DNA of 44,295 nt from a virus. The stretch spans positions 1 to 44,295 of IMG/VR virus record IMGVR_UViG_3300034141_000024. The stretch is one strand, 5' to 3'. Below the pieces are notes generated by a model. The model was not told the origin of the DNA, searched no databases, and saw only the letters and a list, made by a program, of their open reading frames with translations. How positions within the stretch are numbered: the first letter of the stretch is position 1; every line of letters starts with the position of its first letter. Below, in pieces: positions 39,777 through 44,295 of this stretch. Position numbers and translations under genes: made by a program.

Positions 39777-42505
39777 CCAAGGCGGCACTGCGCGGCATCA
39801 TCCCCATGCTTGGGGGTGTTGCGCGACTCAATGCGGGATCAGGCACATCAACCAACACCGACGAGGAATCCGCTGTGCAAAGTCTCATCGACAAAGGCTT
39901 GGTCGAAAAGGTGTGGGAGTACCGCATCGCCGGCAAGGAGCCGATCTATTCCTCGCCGATCGGGCCGGTCACGGTGTTGGATGGTGCGACGCCGCGCGCC
40001 GCTGTCGTGTTCAACGCGGGCGATTGGTATTGCTACGCGCTAAACGCTGCGACGGGTGCGCTCATCTGGCGCAAGGCCGCAGGTGCGGAGTGCTACGGGC
40101 GTCCGCAGGCGGCTGACGTCAATGCGGACGGCGCAGTTGAGATTTTCTTTCCGTCGCACGACGGCAAAATCTGGAGCATCACCAACACGGGTGCGAACCG
40201 CTGGCAGTTTCCGAGCCTCTATCTGCGCGAGGGCTCCGGCAACGTCACGGCAGCAAGCGCGTACAGCATCACCGATAACACGAAGTCGTGGGCAACCAAT
40301 GCGTTCATGCGGCAGACGGCGGGTCCGTTCTCCGAGAACGCCAGCGTGGAAATCCTGACGGGCACGGGTGCTGGCCAGATCAGGATGATTACGCAGAACA
40401 ACGAGGGCAACAAGCTGTGGGTTGACGAAGCGTTCGACCCGGTGCCCGATGCGACAAGCACCTATCGCATCAATCCGAAGTACAACAGCGACGGCATTTT
40501 CATGCACGCCGGTACGCTGGTGAACGAAGACGGCACGTTCTACCTCTACGCGACAGCGTTCGACAATCACGTCTACAAGATCAACGCCACGACCGGCGCG
40601 CTGGTCTGGAAGTACGCCACGCTGGAAAACATCGAGCCCTATCCGCTGGTCTGGAAGGACGGCGCGACGTGGCGCATCGTGGTGGTCAGCGTTGACGGCA
40701 AGACGCGCATGTTCAACAAGGACGGTGGCGTTGTTTGGCAGACGAACACCGGCCAGTGCGATGCGTTCGTTACCTTGGGGCCTGACGGCCTGTTCGTGTC
40801 GTCGCGCAACAATCGCGTGTACCGGCTCGATGTCGCTACCGGCGCGATCGAGGCCGAGTCGACCAACATGGACGCGTGGGACTACGGCGACGTCGACAGC
40901 AGTGCGACGCCGATCATGTTGAACGGCAACAAAAAGCGCGTGCTGGTGGGCGGCGATGCCGGCGCACTGTGGTGCATGGACGCCGACCTCAACACGCAAT
41001 GGCTCTATCAGGCGGGACCGCTTCCGCTCAACAGCAGTCCGGTCTTCCATCGCGTGCTAGGCAACAACGATACGTGCGCGATCCTGGGCGACATGCGCGG
41101 CACGGTTTGGTGCATCAACATCGAGACGGGTGCAGTGGTGGGCGCGCTGTTCGTCAAGGGTGGCGTGGAAGGCACGCCCTACTATGGCGACATCGACGGC
41201 GACGGCAAGGCTGAGCTGATCGTGACGACCACGGACGGCTACGTCGTGTGCTTCCGCTTCCTGCGTGGTGGCGTGCTGACCGACTCGACGCAGCTACCAG
41301 GCAACAGCAAGCATCGCGGGTTCCAGGGCGCAGAACTCGTTGTGGTGCCGCCAGAGGAACCCGTGGGCACCACGCCGCACACGCATTGGCGCATTTATGT
41401 CACGGCTGTGGACGGCGGTGCTGCTGTCTCGATCGATGAAATCGAAATGCGAGCGAATCCGGCAGGCCAAGACCTGTGCGTCGGTGGCTCGCCATCGCAC
41501 AGCTCGCGGTACGACGGCGCTCGCGACTCCGGTTATGCGTTTGACAACATCACTGTGGGAGGGGCGAACTTCTGGGGCTCAGCCGGCCCGCCGCCCGAGT
41601 GGATCGCCTACGCTTTCCTGTCGCCGGTTGCGATCGACCACATCAAGATTTTCGCTCGCAACGACGGCAATACATACGGGCAGAGCCCTTCGGCATTCAA
41701 GGTTCAGTCGAGCGACGATGGCGTAACGTGGAACGACGAATGGACCGTTTCTGGCTCGACCGGATGGGCTGCGGGTGAAGCACGATCGTTTGCGCGACCG
41801 GCCGGGGAACCCGCTAACGCATGGGAAACGCTGGTCGCGTCTTTGGACCTGGAGCTTTGGCTACGTGGGCTGGAAACAAGCGGTGCAACGCTGTCCGATT
41901 CCAGTGGCAACGCGCGTCATGCAGAACTGACCATCAACACAGCTTTGGCACAACCGCCTATTTACGACAATCTTGGTTCGTCTGTAGCGTTTTCTGGAGG
42001 TTTCGCACGCGTTCCGCATGCGGCGGGGCTCAGTTTCGCTACAGACGATTTCATTGCCGGTATTTCGTTCCAAGTTCTCAACCGCGCGGGCGGTGGTCAG
42101 TACGCGAAGCTGCTATGGAAAACGACAGGCTACTTTACAGGCGTCGCCAACTACCTGTTGCAGTTGGGGCGCAGCGATGGGCGGGTTAGCGCCCGCGTGA
42201 GCTATGCAGGATCGGACTACAACGATGCCACGTCGACAACCACTTTCTCCGATGGCGACAAGGGCATGGTGTGGATTCGTCGATTGGGCGATGAGATTTC
42301 GGTATGGGTTAATGGCGTAAAAGAAAACGCATTTATCTTGCCGGCTGGTCAAGCTCTGATGACTAGCACTGAGCCCGTCGACATCATGGGTGGTCCAGGT
42401 AACGGGACTGATCCGGTGCTCGGCAAGGGCGACGAAATAATCATCGCACGCGGTTCCGTAAGCGATGCGACGATGGTGGCGCTATGGAATGCTAGGCAGG
42501 CATAA
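39773..42505 (+). CDS. Distal tail / receptor-binding candidate: PQQ/FG-GAP-like beta-propeller + discoidin-like + LamG-like domains
   Basis: ATGA coupling to J. Recurrent TGAL[IV]W+ blades and DxDxDG loops (DVNADGAVEI, GDIDGDGKAELIV) are present. Then comes HWRIYVTAVDGG...IDEIEMRAN...WIAYAF...I (galactose-binding-like). The C-terminus is SGNARHAELT...FSGGFARVPHA...DDF (LamG-like). Confidence 0.7.
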   Translation: MTKAALRGIIPMLGGVARLNAGSGTSTNTDEESAVQSLIDKGLVEKVWEYRIAGKEPIYSSPIGPVTVLDGATPRAAVVFNAGDWYCYALNAATGALIWRKAAGAECYGRPQAADVNADGAVEIFFPSHDGKIWSITNTGANRWQFPSLYLREGSGNVTAASAYSITDNTKSWATNAFMRQTAGPFSENASVEILTGTGAGQIRMITQNNEGNKLWVDEAFDPVPDATSTYRINPKYNSDGIFMHAGTLVNEDGTFYLYATAFDNHVYKINATTGALVWKYATLENIEPYPLVWKDGATWRIVVVSVDGKTRMFNKDGGVVWQTNTGQCDAFVTLGPDGLFVSSRNNRVYRLDVATGAIEAESTNMDAWDYGDVDSSATPIMLNGNKKRVLVGGDAGALWCMDADLNTQWLYQAGPLPLNSSPVFHRVLGNNDTCAILGDMRGTVWCINIETGAVVGALFVKGGVEGTPYYGDIDGDGKAELIVTTTDGYVVCFRFLRGGVLTDSTQLPGNSKHRGFQGAELVVVPPEEPVGTTPHTHWRIYVTAVDGGAAVSIDEIEMRANPAGQDLCVGGSPSHSSRYDGARDSGYAFDNITVGGANFWGSAGPPPEWIAYAFLSPVAIDHIKIFARNDGNTYGQSPSAFKVQSSDDGVTWNDEWTVSGSTGWAAGEARSFARPAGEPANAWETLVASLDLELWLRGLETSGATLSDSSGNARHAELTINTALAQPPIYDNLGSSVAFSGGFARVPHAAGLSFATDDFIAGISFQVLNRAGGGQYAKLLWKTTGYFTGVANYLLQLGRSDGRVSARVSYAGSDYNDATSTTTFSDGDKGMVWIRRLGDEISVWVNGVKENAFILPAGQALMTSTEPVDIMGGPGNGTDPVLGKGDEIIIARGSVSDATMVALWNARQA

Positions 42506-42510
42506 AAGAA

Positions 42511-42544
42511 AAGCCCCGCAACGTGGGGAGACGTTGCGGGGCTT
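42511..42544. terminator. Strong hairpin between convergent genes; terminator for the leftward replication operon and possibly bidirectional
   Basis: 14-bp stem aagccccgcaacgt / acgttgcggggctt with loop ggggag. On the minus strand it is followed by TTCTTTTAT. Confidence 0.8.
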
Positions 42545-42580
42545 GCCGTTGCCTTCGGGAGAGGGCTAACGCGGTCAATG

Positions 42581-42940
42581 CTAGGGGGCGTGGCGCCCGC
42601 TGTCAACCGAGCCACCCAGCAAGCGATTCGCGAGCGCCACGCCCAAGTCGATATTACAACGCTCTGCAAGATCAAGGATGCGTGAGAGCGCATCGCTCAA
42701 GCCATCCTCCAGTCGATGCGAGCCAAAGGCAGCGACCCGTTCACCTGTGCGGGACAGCGCGGCGACTGTGCGCATCACCGCCAATACGACTTCCGCTTCC
42801 GGACCGTGTTCACCCGGCAGGCTGCGTTGCGAGAAGTCGATCGCCGTCGTGTGCGTGTCCCTGTGCACCATGCGCTGCAATTCGGCTACGTGCAGCTCGA
42901 TGTACGTCCGGTCCTGCTGTTGCTGGCTGAGGCGGCTCAT
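42581..42940 (-). CDS. MazG-like nucleotide pyrophosphohydrolase (all-alpha NTP-PPase)
   Basis: The ATG at 42940 lies 2 nt after the polymerase stop, and the SD AGAGGAAG lies within the end of the polymerase gene. GPEAEVVLAVMRTVAALSRTGE...RLEDGLSDALSRILDLAERCNIDLGVALANRL resembles MazG helices. Confidence 0.5.
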   Translation of the reverse strand: MSRLSQQQQDRTYIELHVAELQRMVHRDTHTTAIDFSQRSLPGEHGPEAEVVLAVMRTVAALSRTGERVAAFGSHRLEDGLSDALSRILDLAERCNIDLGVALANRLLGGSVDSGRHAP

Positions 42941-42941
42941 A

Positions 42942-44295
42942 TCACTTCCTCTTGTTGTAGGTCTTGCGGTCGATGAGTTCGGCGCTCTCCAAACCGTCGC
43001 CAAACAAATTCGTTTGCCCGTGGTCAAAGGTGATGAGCGCGCGTTGCGAGTCGTGGTCCCACCAATAACGCACCGGGATGCCGACGTCGGCAAGCATCTG
43101 CATCGCAACGTCGATGTAGTCACCGTACGCAACGTCATCGGGGAACTGCGCCGGCAGCTCCATGCAGGGCATCGCGCCGTCACTGCCAGGAACCTTGTGT
43201 CCGTTGGTGACGTAGCGAATCATGCCGCCACGCGTGCTGTAGTACCAACGCACCGCTTTGCCGAGATACTGTGCACCATCGCCGCCGCCGCAGGGAGCCA
43301 TGTGCATCGGTGGAAGGAACTCGCCGCCACCTTTCACCTGCCGCACGATCAGGAACTTGCGAATGTCGGTGCACGCCTTGATCGTGTCAGCCGGGTCGAT
43401 ACCATCCTTGAGATAGGCCACGACCGCATCGCCGCAGATTTCCTTGTCGGGCGTCTTGCCGCCAGGACCGGACAGCACGCCGGCCGTCTGGAACACACCC
43501 TTGCGCTTCGCCTTGCCCTTGTCGGTGATCGCCACGTAGTTGTTGACGTCGCGGAAATGGATGCTGCGGTAGTGCGTGTACTCCATTTCCAGGCCGGTCT
43601 TGCGTTCCCACCACTTCACGTTCCACTTGGCGATTTCCGTCAGGTGGCGCGGCACACGCAACACGATGCCATCGGTGTTCGCGCTCAGCACGCTGATGCC
43701 CGACAGTTCCATGATTTCGATGAGCATCAGCAAGTCGAGCTGGCCGGTGATGGTCACGCGGATGCCAAGCTCAGGCGCGTAGAGCGGCGCGCTGTACTTG
43801 GAGAACAGTTTGCCGAACGTGCCGTTGAGGAAAATCTTGAGGCCGTCCGCGCTGGTCTTCGCATCCTCGTAGAGCGCGCGTGCCTCGCTGCGTTCGGGCT
43901 CATCCAGATAGTTGAGCAAGTCTTCGATGCGTTCGGCTTCGCTCTTGTCCTTGAGCCGCGTGTCGTAGAACTCGCGGTAAATCTTGAGGAACGCCGGCCC
44001 CACCTGTTCGGGGTACATATCCATCGTCAGGATCAGCGACGGGTAGTAGCTTTTGACGTCAACGTCCCAAATGACGTACGCGTCGTCTTCCCAATAGCTC
44101 GCGCACGATTCCTGCGAATGCAGACCGCCGATGCCCATGCGGTACTTCGCATCGCTGTTCGCCACCATGATGTCGCGTGACTTGAGCGCATAGGGAATCT
44201 GCACGCCCGTGCGTACACCCGTCTCGATCCCAAAGATCAACAACGCTTCCTCTTTGTTGGTCACCTGGAAGTCGGCAGCGCGCACATCGGCCAGC
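42942..44295 (-). CDS. DNA polymerase, C-terminal polymerase domain (continuation of the 843->1 segment; unique part is 42942-44168)
   Basis: DVDVKSYYPSLIL (DxxSxYPS-like motif A), KIFLNGTFGKLFS (KxxxNxxFG motif B) and SANTDGIVL (DTD-like motif C) are B-family-like palm motifs. The ORF is open at the window end. Combined length is 689 aa. Confidence 0.9.
   Translation of the reverse strand, partial: LADVRAADFQVTNKEEALLIFGIETGVRTGVQIPYALKSRDIMVANSDAKYRMGIGGLHSQESCASYWEDDAYVIWDVDVKSYYPSLILTMDMYPEQVGPAFLKIYREFYDTRLKDKSEAERIEDLLNYLDEPERSEARALYEDAKTSADGLKIFLNGTFGKLFSKYSAPLYAPELGIRVTITGQLDLLMLIEIMELSGISVLSANTDGIVLRVPRHLTEIAKWNVKWWERKTGLEMEYTHYRSIHFRDVNNYVAITDKGKAKRKGVFQTAGVLSGPGGKTPDKEICGDAVVAYLKDGIDPADTIKACTDIRKFLIVRQVKGGGEFLPPMHMAPCGGGDGAQYLGKAVRWYYSTRGGMIRYVTNGHKVPGSDGAMPCMELPAQFPDDVAYGDYIDVAMQMLADVGIPVRYWWDHDSQRALITFDHGQTNLFGDGLESAELIDRKTYNKRK
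44169..44295. repeat. Terminal direct repeat, copy 2 (identical to 1-127)
   Basis: Direct comparison of the two window ends. Confidence 0.97.

Noticed and set aside
42678-44180. 500-aa plus-strand ORF antisense to the DNA polymerase.
   Set aside because: It is an antisense shadow ORF with no motifs and an Arg/Ala/Val-rich product. The minus-strand product has clear polymerase motifs.
1-44295. Search for tRNA genes, a diversity-generating retroelement, transposases and toxin-antitoxin pairs.
   Set aside because: I saw no T-arm-like GGTTCGAATCC-type sequences in non-coding DNA. I found no reverse transcriptase motif (YxDD) ORF near the tail genes and no template/variable repeat pair. I recognised no transposase or integrase motifs. 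A visual scan cannot fully exclude small or degenerate elements.

Overview
The window is one complete, GC-rich tailed-phage genome of about 44.2 kb. It has HK97-like head genes and lambda-like tail genes (siphovirus type). A lipoprotein o-spanin implies a Gram-negative host. The sequence was linearised inside the DNA polymerase gene: nt 1-127 are identical to nt 44169-44295. The unique circle is therefore 44,168 bp, and the polymerase ORF runs 843->1 and then 44168->42942 on the minus strand.

Four transcription blocks are visible:
(i) A leftward replication operon, 3856 -> across the junction -> 42581. It encodes a Pro-rich protein, a Cas4-like DUF2800 nuclease, a T7 gp2.5-like SSB, a small ORF, the DNA polymerase and a MazG-like protein. 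It ends at a 14-bp hairpin at 42511-42544.
(ii) A rightward early/middle block, 3949-17585. It encodes DUF551-like proteins, an SF2 helicase, many small coupled ORFs, a VRR-NUC-like nuclease, a TetR-type HTH protein, an internal terminator plus promoter at 9107-9164, a Lar-like protein, a methylase-like protein and a primase-polymerase/SF3 helicase. These are followed by an AT-rich iteron region, then amidase endolysin, two membrane proteins and overlapped spanins.
(iii) A leftward operon of eight genes of unknown function, 21098->18063. It has two near-duplicate promoter/leader cassettes and ends in tandem 70-bp hairpin units.
(iv) A rightward late block, 21205-42505. It encodes HNH, TerS, TerL, portal, protease, capsid, connectors, tail tube, G/G-T chaperones with a -1 frameshift, tape measure, lambda M/L/K/I/J homologues and a 910-aa beta-propeller/discoidin/LamG distal tail protein.

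I saw no integrase, CI/Cro-like switch, tRNA, CRISPR array or transposase.

The ORF track uses the longest ATG/GTG extension. I re-set many starts using SD motifs and ATGA/GTGA coupling, and added three ORFs shorter than 60 aa.

Best candidates for something undescribed are:
- the unknown-function leftward operon together with its repeated control elements
- the structured about 480-bp silent zone at 17620-18060
- the AT-rich iteron region with a stand-alone paralogue of the primase C-terminal domain
- the unusual distal tail protein

All functional calls come from motif recognition by eye. No database search was possible.
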